This document shows, one piece after another, positions 36,841 through 44,650 of a stretch of 62,770 nt of DNA. Position numbers and translations under genes: made by a program. The notes beneath the pieces are model-generated. The model was not told the DNA's origin and did not search any database. It saw nothing but the letters and a program-made list of their open reading frames with translations. The stretch's first letter is position 1, and every line of letters begins with the position of its first letter. The DNA lies in NCBI GenBank assembly GCA_003173865.1, contig PJMF01000003.1, positions 1-62,770 on the forward strand, written 5' to 3'. Origin of the DNA: Minisyncoccota bacterium (lineage in GTDB: Bacteria > Patescibacteriota > Microgenomatia > UBA1400 > PJMF01).

Positions 36841-37629
36841 ATGACACGCACCCACTCACAATCTGGACAGATAGGCATCATTATTATTCTTTTAATGGTC
36901 GTCATGTTGACGATTGGTCTTTCGTTGGCATCTCAAGCAACTCGTGATGTCTCGCTTTCGCAACAAAATGAAGTCTCTAATCGTATCTTTAATGCAGCTG
37001 AAGTGGGTGTAGAGCAAGCGCTGTCGAGTGACTTAAATGCACAAACACAAGACCTGGTCACGCAAACTGCCAGCGTAGCTGCAGCGAACGCAAACGTGAA
37101 CTACTCTATTCAACGCGTTAAAACACTCAATACACGCTTGCTTCAAGGCACTACGGCCCGGGTACAACTCACTGACTCCTCTGGAGCGCAAACAACCACT
37201 GGCATTACGATCGAGTGGGGCAAGGAAACAGCCTGTTCACAAAAACCGGCGACCCTGCTCGTCTCTGTTTTTAGTTTTGACTCGACCACGTATCCGAAGA
37301 CGAGTGTTCGCTACTACGCATACGCTCCGTGTGACTATGGCGATGGGATTACAGTCGTTAACACTGCTGGATCCACCTACTTTCGCCAAACTACGATTAC
37401 GCTCCAACCAAAAGATGTGTTAGTGCGCATTAAGCCAATGTATAACGACACAGCAGTGATTGTGAGTGGGGTTGGTGGCACGTTGCCGGTCCAAGGCTAC
37501 ACGATTACATCAACAGCAACCAATCAACTTGGTAACGAAACACGCAGTGTGCAAGTAAACCGTACACTTTCGACTGCACCTTCTGTTATGGACTATGTAT
37601 TATTTAGTGGCACCACATTAACAAAATAA
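36841..37629 (+). CDS. PilX-like pilus-associated protein (hydrophobic N-terminus, no Glu at +5)
   Basis: I trimmed the track ORF 36661..37629 to the ATG at 36841. The sequence MTRTHSQSGQIGIIIILLMVVMLTIGLSLASQATRDVSLSQQ...AAEVGVEQAL resembles the PilX_N pattern. It lies immediately upstream of pilM. Confidence 0.6.
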   Translation: MTRTHSQSGQIGIIIILLMVVMLTIGLSLASQATRDVSLSQQNEVSNRIFNAAEVGVEQALSSDLNAQTQDLVTQTASVAAANANVNYSIQRVKTLNTRLLQGTTARVQLTDSSGAQTTTGITIEWGKETACSQKPATLLVSVFSFDSTTYPKTSVRYYAYAPCDYGDGITVVNTAGSTYFRQTTITLQPKDVLVRIKPMYNDTAVIVSGVGGTLPVQGYTITSTATNQLGNETRSVQVNRTLSTAPSVMDYVLFSGTTLTK

Positions 37630-37655
37630 GATTATGAGCTTACCACAGGAGACTT

Positions 37656-38666
37656 ATGCCAGACGCCGTTGCCCTCGACATTGGCAGTTACACGATTAAA
37701 GCAATTCAGGGAAAACCTGGAAAAAACTTCAAAGTTACCAAAGCTATTGAAGTCCCCAATGAACTTGGTACGGCTGTCGCCGTTGATGAAGCGAGTCGCG
37801 AAAAATTAGCCGAAATCATTAAAGAACTGTTTCAAAGTAATAATTTGCCGAAGCGAGATGTGCGCTTATCACTCCCCGAAACGTTGGTTTCCACAAAAGT
37901 GATCTCTATTCCCCCGCTCTCTGATGCGGAACTTGCATCGGCAATTCAGTGGCAAGCTGAGCAACATATTCCCATTCCCTTCGAAGAACTTTCCTTGGAG
38001 TATCAAGTTATTTATCGTCCCTCACATCAAGAAAAAGACAGACAAATGATCGTGCTCTTAGTGGGGGCGCGCAAGTCAATCATCGAAAAATACTTGGAAG
38101 TTTTTTTACCAGCCGAAATTGAACCAACGATTTTAGAAACACATACACTTTCTTTGATGCGTGCGGTGCAGTTTGTGGACACCGACCCAATCACAATTTT
38201 AGTTCATGTCGGTGCCACCACCACTGATATGGCAATTATGCATGAACTGCAGCTTAGGTTTGTTTTTACGAGCAATACGGCTGGACAAGTGTTGACTAGA
38301 AATATTGAGGTAGCACTTGAGTTTGATCCCAAACAAGCGGAACAGTACAAACGCAGTTATGGCATTGATCCAGATCAGCTCCAAGGAAAAATTCGCGAAA
38401 TTGTAATGCCGACTTTGCGTACATTTGCACTCGATATTCAAAAAGCAACGCAGTTCTTTGAGTCCCAGAATGCACCAGCAGTAGTCAAAAGGATTGTTTT
38501 ATCCGGTGGAACTGCGCAACTTCCTGGTCTTGTGCAGTTTTTGGCTGAGCAACTTGGCATGGAAGTGTTAATTGCTTCTCCTTTTGCAACTGCATCTGGG
38601 GAAGTGCCCCAAGTGAATCAGCCCGTGTACACCGTATGTGCTGGTTTATTAATGAGAGAAAAGTAA
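37656..38666 (+). CDS. pilM: type IV pilus assembly protein PilM (actin-like ATPase fold)
   Basis: 336 aa with an N-terminal LDIGSYTIKAI phosphate-1-like motif and C-terminal LSGGTAQLPGL, matching the PilM/FtsA-like architecture. Confidence 0.85.
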   Translation: MPDAVALDIGSYTIKAIQGKPGKNFKVTKAIEVPNELGTAVAVDEASREKLAEIIKELFQSNNLPKRDVRLSLPETLVSTKVISIPPLSDAELASAIQWQAEQHIPIPFEELSLEYQVIYRPSHQEKDRQMIVLLVGARKSIIEKYLEVFLPAEIEPTILETHTLSLMRAVQFVDTDPITILVHVGATTTDMAIMHELQLRFVFTSNTAGQVLTRNIEVALEFDPKQAEQYKRSYGIDPDQLQGKIREIVMPTLRTFALDIQKATQFFESQNAPAVVKRIVLSGGTAQLPGLVQFLAEQLGMEVLIASPFATASGEVPQVNQPVYTVCAGLLMREK

Positions 38667-38676
38667 AAGGTCCCCT

Positions 38677-39231
38677 ATGGTTCGGGAAATTAATTTTTTA
38701 TCAGAACGCCAAAAAACAGTTTCTCGGCAAGAAGGAAGAGATAAAAGGTTACTTCTACTGGCTGGGATTGGTGTGGGTGTGATGATGCTTTTTTTCTTAG
38801 GCGTGTTAATTACTGGCTTTTACTTTGACAATCAAACCAATGCCTTGCGGGTGCAAGAAAGTGCACTAATGACGCAAATTAGTGGTTCGCGTGACACTGA
38901 AGAAGCGTTTGTGATTTTTTCTCATAAATTAAGTAACTTAGTCCAGATTTATCAAGATCGTCTCGAAAAACGTGCCGCAATTGCTTACTTCACGACGTTG
39001 TTTGGTCCAAATGTCGAGATTCGCTCTATCGAGTTTGATCCGCAAAACAAAGTGCTCTTGTTTCGGATTCAGTCAACCGATATTTTTGTGTTGCAACACG
39101 TGTTTAAGTTAGTAAATTCTGCTGATGTACGCTCAAAGTTCAAGTCACTCAATCCAAGTGATCTCAACCGAGATCCAGATGGAAAGTACCAAATGTCGAT
39201 TGCCGTATCAACACAACAGGCAAAGCTATAA
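38677..39231 (+). CDS. pilN: PilN-like pilus assembly protein
   Basis: 184 aa with N-terminal INFLSERQK (compare the INLLP motif), a single TM helix and a periplasmic domain. It follows pilM after a 10-nt gap. Confidence 0.7.
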   Translation: MVREINFLSERQKTVSRQEGRDKRLLLLAGIGVGVMMLFFLGVLITGFYFDNQTNALRVQESALMTQISGSRDTEEAFVIFSHKLSNLVQIYQDRLEKRAAIAYFTTLFGPNVEIRSIEFDPQNKVLLFRIQSTDIFVLQHVFKLVNSADVRSKFKSLNPSDLNRDPDGKYQMSIAVSTQQAKL

Positions 39232-39233
39232 CT

Positions 39234-40016
39234 ATGAACATAAACATTCGCCATCTGCTTTTTGGTCGGCGCTACTTAACGTCTGCCGTATTAATGTTGA
39301 TTGTTGCGTTAGGCATTGGGATTTTAACCCTGACCATGCAAGTGACACGGGCACTAGATGCCTATACTTCAATGAAGCAAGAGCAGGTGCATTTAGTTGC
39401 GTTACACAAAAAAATGAGTGGTCTAGATGATATGGCTGCGTTTCAATCTTCTGATGCGCGTAAAAAAATTGATCTTGCTCTTCCCTCTCAAAAACCGCTT
39501 TTGCAGTTACTCAACTCAGTCAACTCGGCAGCGGAAGCTGGACCTGTCACCATAGTCAAGATTGAAACTTCCCCCGGGAAGTTAGCGAGTAGTAGTGCTG
39601 GTGTGGCAACCGATTACTCTGCGCTGAGTGGTGGAGCAGCTGCTGGAGGTCAAAAAATTAATGGTGTGGATATTTTGCAAATTCAAGTCACGATTAAGGG
39701 TACCCTCGCCCAAATTAATGGATTTGTCGATAAAATTGAGACGTCAGTCCCAATTACTGATTTGACCAGAATTCGCCTTGCAAGTGCGGGTAACGCGGAG
39801 CAAACGAACAATCAATTTGAAGCCAATCTCACGTTAACTAGCTTTTACTTTACTCAACCAATCGTCGTGGCACTTGATACGCCGCTTCCAGAAACAAATG
39901 GGAATGAACAAGAATTTTTGAAAACACTTGATACGTTTTCTTTTCCAGCAGATAAACCAGTTCAAGAAACGATTCAGGGAGGCGGACAACAAGATTTATT
40001 TGGCGTGGGAAAGTAG
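39234..40016 (+). CDS. pilO: PilO-like pilus assembly protein
   Basis: 260 aa with one TM helix and a coiled-coil segment. Position after pilMN is the main evidence. Confidence 0.5.
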   Translation: MNINIRHLLFGRRYLTSAVLMLIVALGIGILTLTMQVTRALDAYTSMKQEQVHLVALHKKMSGLDDMAAFQSSDARKKIDLALPSQKPLLQLLNSVNSAAEAGPVTIVKIETSPGKLASSSAGVATDYSALSGGAAAGGQKINGVDILQIQVTIKGTLAQINGFVDKIETSVPITDLTRIRLASAGNAEQTNNQFEANLTLTSFYFTQPIVVALDTPLPETNGNEQEFLKTLDTFSFPADKPVQETIQGGGQQDLFGVGK

Positions 40017-40037
40017 TTTCTGTGCGCTTATTTGTTT

Positions 40038-40268
40038 TTATTCAGCAAGGGTAACGTAGGCGCGAATGTTTTCTTTGACGGCGCGCACTTTCGCAATGTT
40101 GCGAATGGATTGAATAATCCGTCCATTTTTGCCGATTACTTTACCCATATCTTCTGGATTAACGTACAGCGTGTATGTAAAACCACGTTCATCTTCCATT
40201 TCTTCGACTTTGACATCCTCAGGATGGTCAACTAAATGATTGAGAATGAATTCTAAGAGGTTTTTCAT
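40038..40268 (-). CDS. KH-domain RNA-binding protein (YlqC / UPF0109 family)
   Basis: 76 aa with LVDHPEDVKVEEMEDERGFTYTLYVNPEDMGKVIGKNGRIIQSIRNI (GxxG KH motif). It is directly downstream of rpsP, as in many bacteria. Confidence 0.85.
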   Translation of the reverse strand: MKNLLEFILNHLVDHPEDVKVEEMEDERGFTYTLYVNPEDMGKVIGKNGRIIQSIRNIAKVRAVKENIRAYVTLAE

Positions 40269-40273
40269 AGGCG

Positions 40274-40669
40274 TTAGTTTTGTGTTGCTTCTGAAGAGGC
40301 TTCGGTGGTTTCAGCAACTGGTTCAATCTCAACTGCAGGTTCGACTGCTGGTTGTGCGGCAGCTTCTTGAGCGGCTGCAGCTTTCGCCTTTGCTTTTTTA
40401 GAAAGTTTTGCTTTTTTTGGTGGAAATGGATTGCCACTTTGGAAACGAGTGACCAATGTGGCCACTGTGTCAGTGGGTTGAGCGCCTTTTTTGATCCAGG
40501 CGTTGAACTTTTCCATGTCGATAGTTAAGATTTTTGGGTTTAAAGTCGGGGCGTATTGACCAACGGTATCAACGGATTGGCCATCGCGTTTGTCGCGCGC
40601 TTCGTTCACAACGATACGATAATGAGGTTGTTTCTTTTTACCAAATCGAGCCAGTTTGATTTTTAACAT
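40274..40669 (-). CDS. rpsP: 30S ribosomal protein S16 with an Ala/Glu-rich C-terminal extension
   Basis: I trimmed it to the ATG at 40669. MLKIKLARFGKKKQPHYRIVVNEARDKRDG is canonical S16. The protein is 131 aa, whereas I recall about 80-90 aa as typical. Confidence 0.9.
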   Translation of the reverse strand: MLKIKLARFGKKKQPHYRIVVNEARDKRDGQSVDTVGQYAPTLNPKILTIDMEKFNAWIKKGAQPTDTVATLVTRFQSGNPFPPKKAKLSKKAKAKAAAAQEAAAQPAVEPAVEIEPVAETTEASSEATQN

Positions 40670-40714
40670 ACGCGGAATTATACAGCGAAGTTGGGCTGTT
40701 CTCAAGTAGAAACG

Positions 40715-41398
40715 TTACTTTTTCAGGAGGTTCACAAACTCATCTTGCCGATCAAGAACGGCTTGAGCTGCCTCTTGCTGGGCAAGTTGTTTACTCCGGC
40801 CACCACCTTGACCAAACTCTTGACCATTAATCATTGCCCGTACCGTAAAGATGCGGTCATGATCGGGGCCTTTTTCCTCGATCACTTGGTACTCTGGTGC
40901 TTCGAAACCATATGACTGGACGAGCTCTTGCAGGCGACTTTTAGGGTCTTTGTAGAGTTTTTGAGCTTGGATAGTGGTCAGCATGGGAAATAAATGCTCT
41001 TGGAGAAACTTTTCGACGGTTGGCATGCCTTGATCGAGGTACAAAGCCCCCAGAAAAGCCTCAACGGCGTTGGCGAGTAAACTGGTATTTTTTCGTCCCC
41101 CAGATGCCTCTTCACCTTTACTCATGTAGAGTTGGCTGCCTAGATCCAGTTTCTGAGCAATCTCGGCAAGCGTCGTGGTTTTAACGAGAGCGCTGCGATA
41201 CGCCGTTAACATCCCTTCTTGATCATTGGGGAGGGTTTTGAAAAGGAACTCCGTAGTTGCGAGTTCAAGAACTGCGTCGCCTAAAAACTCAAGTCGCTCG
41301 TTTGACTCAGGCGAGCTCGATAAGCCCTCGTTGAGCGCACTGCGGTGCGTCAGCGCAGTAGTGAGAAGCTGTTGATTATGAAAAACTGGAAGAGACAT
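40715..41398 (-). CDS. rnc: ribonuclease III
   Basis: 227 aa with the RNase III signature NERLEFLGDAVLEL and a C-terminal dsRBD (GPDHDRIFTV...GGGRSKQLAQQEAAQ). Confidence 0.95.
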   Translation of the reverse strand: MSLPVFHNQQLLTTALTHRSALNEGLSSSPESNERLEFLGDAVLELATTEFLFKTLPNDQEGMLTAYRSALVKTTTLAEIAQKLDLGSQLYMSKGEEASGGRKNTSLLANAVEAFLGALYLDQGMPTVEKFLQEHLFPMLTTIQAQKLYKDPKSRLQELVQSYGFEAPEYQVIEEKGPDHDRIFTVRAMINGQEFGQGGGRSKQLAQQEAAQAVLDRQDEFVNLLKK

Positions 41399-41425
41399 GA
41401 AGTGCCTATCTGCTCTTATTTACAT

Positions 41426-41689
41426 CTATAAATCGCGTTCATCGTCAACCAGCTCAACAAGCTCAGCGACCGTTGCACACTCTTTGACGCTACTGACTGG
41501 CAGAATGACTTCAATTTGTTTTTGGATTTTCGTTACAATTGCTGGAAACTCGTCCATCATGTTAATGCCAAGATCTTCTTCCAGGTCAGCGTCGAGCGTA
41601 ATGTCCTCAAGATCATTGCCAGTGGTTTCGGCGATGATGTGCTGAACAATAGTGAATGTATCGGTATTAGTTACAGGTGCATTTTGCAT
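41426..41689 (-). CDS. acyl-carrier-protein-like protein lacking the canonical attachment serine
   Basis: 87 aa with an ACP-like helix pattern. It reads LEEDLGINMMDEF where ACPs have (E/D)DLGADSLDTVEL. It sits immediately upstream of rnc. Confidence 0.7.
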   Translation of the reverse strand: MQNAPVTNTDTFTIVQHIIAETTGNDLEDITLDADLEEDLGINMMDEFPAIVTKIQKQIEVILPVSSVKECATVAELVELVDDERDL

Positions 41690-41720
41690 AAGAACTCCAT
41701 TCTATACTGCTGAGTTGTAA

Positions 41721-42122
41721 TTAATTGAGAAGTTGGGCGAGGACGCCATTCACAAAACGTGATGAGCTATCAGTCCCATACTCTTTTGCAAGCTCAACCG
41801 CTTCATCTATTAAGACTTTTTGCGGGGTGTCGCTTGTTTTCCATTCAAACATAATCGTGCGCAGAATGGCAAGATCCACTTTATTGATTTGCGCGAGTGG
41901 TCTTTCAGGGGCAAATTGTTGGATGATCACGTCTAATTCTGGAATTTTGGGGACAATTTCGGTGAGTTCTGGATGCTCTTTGATGTATTGGTCTTGCAGA
42001 ATTTGGTCGGTGTAAAAACTAAAAGCAAAAACTTGCTGCATCAGTGCAGCACGACGGAGATGTCGTGGATCGGTTTTCGATTGGGTAACTTGTGGTGGTG
42101 CCGAAGTCGTCTGATCGCTCAT
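41721..42122 (-). CDS. nusB: transcription antitermination factor NusB
   Basis: 133 aa with RHLRRAALMQQVFAFSF... and C-terminal SSRFVNGVLAQL, typical of NusB. Confidence 0.85.
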   Translation of the reverse strand: MSDQTTSAPPQVTQSKTDPRHLRRAALMQQVFAFSFYTDQILQDQYIKEHPELTEIVPKIPELDVIIQQFAPERPLAQINKVDLAILRTIMFEWKTSDTPQKVLIDEAVELAKEYGTDSSSRFVNGVLAQLLN

Positions 42123-42177
42123 ACCTGTATAGTAACGGGTTTTCGGGAGAGGACAAGTTGGAATTTGGTGTGAGGGT

Positions 42178-42495
42178 TTAAGCCCCTTTATGTTGAGTGC
42201 GAGTCGTTTTCTTGACCGTTGGAGTTTGACTCTTTGCAGCGGTCTGTGTGGTCATGGGGCCACCAGCGGTTTTGGGAGCTGCTTTTTTCGCTTTTTTAGC
42301 TGATTTGTTGGGTTTGTCAGACTTTCTATCTGATGCTGATGAGCTGCCAAACAAACTCAGCATTTTGGCGTAAAAAGTGACTTTGTGGATTGAGATTTTG
42401 GTGGTTTTGGGATCTTTACTCAATTTTGGGGTGTTGCCGTGACGACGTTTGCCTTGCTCGACACGCGTAATTTTATTTTTTGGTTGTGCTGCCAT
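42178..42495 (-). CDS. rpmF: 50S ribosomal protein L32 with a Lys/Ala/Thr-rich C-terminal extension
   Basis: I trimmed it to the ATG at 42495. MAAQPKNKITRVEQGKRRH parallels the E. coli L32 N-terminus MAVQQNKPTRSKRGMRRSH (from memory). The protein is 105 aa, whereas I recall about 57 aa as typical. Confidence 0.65.
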   Translation of the reverse strand: MAAQPKNKITRVEQGKRRHGNTPKLSKDPKTTKISIHKVTFYAKMLSLFGSSSASDRKSDKPNKSAKKAKKAAPKTAGGPMTTQTAAKSQTPTVKKTTRTQHKGA

Positions 42496-42535
42496 ATATT
42501 CCTTTAAGTAAAGAGGTATTTTAGCTTGATCAGGC

Positions 42536-44527
42536 CTAGTTCGCAAGCGGAGTGCCGGTTTTGCTTTGATGAATAGGTAAAAATGGTTTCCATGCAATTT
42601 CTTTTTCTTGAATACGGTCGGCCAGTTTTTTGGCTTTGGTGATCAGGTCGAGATTGGTCCAGTTCGCAAACTGAAGCTCATCAAAGCCATGCTGCTGTGT
42701 GCCAAAAATATCGCCTGCCCCTCGATTTTGGAGATCGAGTTCGGCTAACTCCATGCCATTATGGATACTGCAGAACTTCTTCAGTCGCTTGCTTGATTCG
42801 TTTTTGGAGGAGCTCGTAAAAAGTAAACAGTACGCTGCTTGACCTGCGCGGCCGACGCGGCCGCGCAACTGATGTAAACTCGCAAGTCCAAATCGCTCTG
42901 CTGCTTCAATAACGATGATCGATGCGGCTGGTAAATCGACGCCAACTTCCACAATTGGCGTTGTGACGAGCATGTCGATTTCTTTTTTATACAGTTTTGT
43001 TGTAATTTCGGCCTGTTCTTTTTTGGACATGCGGCCGTGAAGTAATGAGAGACGTAATTGCTGATCTTTGTAAAATGTTTTTATTTCTTCGAAACGTTGA
43101 GTCGCGGAGGCAACGTTTTCTAAAGCGACTGCATTTGATGGATCGATAAATGGACAGATAATTAATGCCTGTTGGGGTGTATTCGCGGGAGCTTCTACGA
43201 TTTGCCGCGCAATCCATTTCAAGCCATCATGTTTCTTTTTTGCCGGAACGAGCCAGGTTTTGACTTCCTGACGTCCTGGGGGCATCTCGTCAATCACGCT
43301 TAATCCGAGATGCGAAAAAATACTTAACATTAAGGTACGTGGAATCGGTGTAGCGGAAAGGGTGAGTAAATGTGGTCGTGGTCGAAGTGTGTGTGCGAGT
43401 GAACGATGACGCACGCCAAATCGATGCTGTTCGTCATAAATAAGAAGTGCGGGTTTAATATGTTCTAATTGATTGAGCACGGCGTGTGTTCCGATGTATA
43501 GTGTCGGTTGATTCTCGTTTTTTTGAAATGAAGATTTGCTGGTGATCAATTTTGTTTGCAAATGCGGAAAAAGTTTTTGAAATGTGGCAAGGTGTTGCTC
43601 TGCCAGAATTTGGGTTGGCGCAACGAGTGCAGCGTTATGTCCTGCCTGTAGAACTGCTTCACAAGCGATCCCAGCAACAGCGGTTTTTCCTGACCCCACG
43701 TCACCGATGAGTAAACGATTCATCGGGATATTTCGTTTGAGATCGCTGGTGATTTCTTTTATGCACCGCTGCTGCGCAGCGGTCAAAGCAAATGGAAGTT
43801 TTGCAATGGTTTCGGCAGGAGGAGAAATTATGTTCGCCTCTCCCCCTTCACTCCATTCTTTTTTCAATTGTTGTGAATGTTCGATCAAAGACAGAAGTTC
43901 TTCTAAAGCAAGTCGCTCACGCGCCGTGATGACTGCATCTTCAGAATCAGGAAAGTGCATGTGGCGTAGTGCTTTTGTGAGTTCGGGACTATCACTCAAA
44001 ATACTTTTCAAAGTATCTTCGATTGGAAAAAGATGATCTAAAATATGTTTTAATATTTTTCGCAAAGTGGCGGGTGCAATTTCAGGAATCGACGAATAGA
44101 TTGGAACGAGGCGCCCAGTGTGAATGGTATCGTCACTCACCGCTTCGATAGCCGGCTGAACCATCATGCCTCGTGCAGTCAGTTTTCCGCTGATAAAAAG
44201 TTTGGTTCCCGTGGCTAATCGTTGCACGATATGTGGATTGTTAAACCACATCAGTTTTAGTTTTCCGGTTTCGTCTTGGACTGTCGCAGATTGAATTGAA
44301 CGACGACCTTTATAGAAATTGCTGCTGCGCGTCACTTCAACTTCGAGTGTTACTAATTCATCAACCACAAGGTCAGAAATATTTTTTTTCTGTGAACGAT
44401 CCTCATACCGCAGTGGCATAAACAACAAAAGATCTTTTACCGTTGTGATACTTCGTTCTGCAAAAACTTCGCTGAGCTTTGGCCCAATTCCTTTCACCGC
44501 AATGAGTGGTGTGGTAAGTAAATACAT
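42536..44527 (-). CDS. recG: ATP-dependent DNA helicase RecG
   Basis: It has a wedge/OB N-terminus, helicase motifs GDVGSGKT and YDEQHRFGV, and motif VI QLRGRVGR. The track ORF starts at TTG 44539; the first ATG is at 44527. Confidence 0.93.
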   Translation of the reverse strand: MYLLTTPLIAVKGIGPKLSEVFAERSITTVKDLLLFMPLRYEDRSQKKNISDLVVDELVTLEVEVTRSSNFYKGRRSIQSATVQDETGKLKLMWFNNPHIVQRLATGTKLFISGKLTARGMMVQPAIEAVSDDTIHTGRLVPIYSSIPEIAPATLRKILKHILDHLFPIEDTLKSILSDSPELTKALRHMHFPDSEDAVITARERLALEELLSLIEHSQQLKKEWSEGGEANIISPPAETIAKLPFALTAAQQRCIKEITSDLKRNIPMNRLLIGDVGSGKTAVAGIACEAVLQAGHNAALVAPTQILAEQHLATFQKLFPHLQTKLITSKSSFQKNENQPTLYIGTHAVLNQLEHIKPALLIYDEQHRFGVRHRSLAHTLRPRPHLLTLSATPIPRTLMLSIFSHLGLSVIDEMPPGRQEVKTWLVPAKKKHDGLKWIARQIVEAPANTPQQALIICPFIDPSNAVALENVASATQRFEEIKTFYKDQQLRLSLLHGRMSKKEQAEITTKLYKKEIDMLVTTPIVEVGVDLPAASIIVIEAAERFGLASLHQLRGRVGRAGQAAYCLLFTSSSKNESSKRLKKFCSIHNGMELAELDLQNRGAGDIFGTQQHGFDELQFANWTNLDLITKAKKLADRIQEKEIAWKPFLPIHQSKTGTPLAN

Positions 44528-44548
44528 AACGCAACACAAATATTAAAA

Positions 44549-44650
44549 TTAAAATCCTGACGCAACTGCCGAAAAACTTCCCAGAATTAATCCAAGAATT
44601 GCGATGATTGCAAAGACAATGAGAATGCGGCGGCGAACTTTTTTTGTCAT
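44549..44650 (-). CDS. 33-aa predicted single-pass membrane peptide, start overlapping the tyrS stop (ATGA)
   Basis: It is below the track's size cut-off. It reads MTKKVRRRILIVFAIIAILGLILGSFSAVASGF. Its ATG (44650-44648) overlaps the tyrS TGA (44649-44647). Confidence 0.35.
   Translation of the reverse strand: MTKKVRRRILIVFAIIAILGLILGSFSAVASGF

Noticed and set aside
36661-36859. Mutually overlapping 5' extensions of track ORFs 35615..36859 (-) and 36661..37629 (+)
   Set aside because: Internal starts give a clean signal peptide (36712, minus strand) and a PilX-like hydrophobic N-terminus (36841, plus strand). They also remove the 200-nt overlap. The extensions have no protein-like features.
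42496-42597. 5' extension of track ORF 42178..42597
   Set aside because: It overlaps the recG 3' end. The L32-like N-terminus starts at the internal ATG at 42495.
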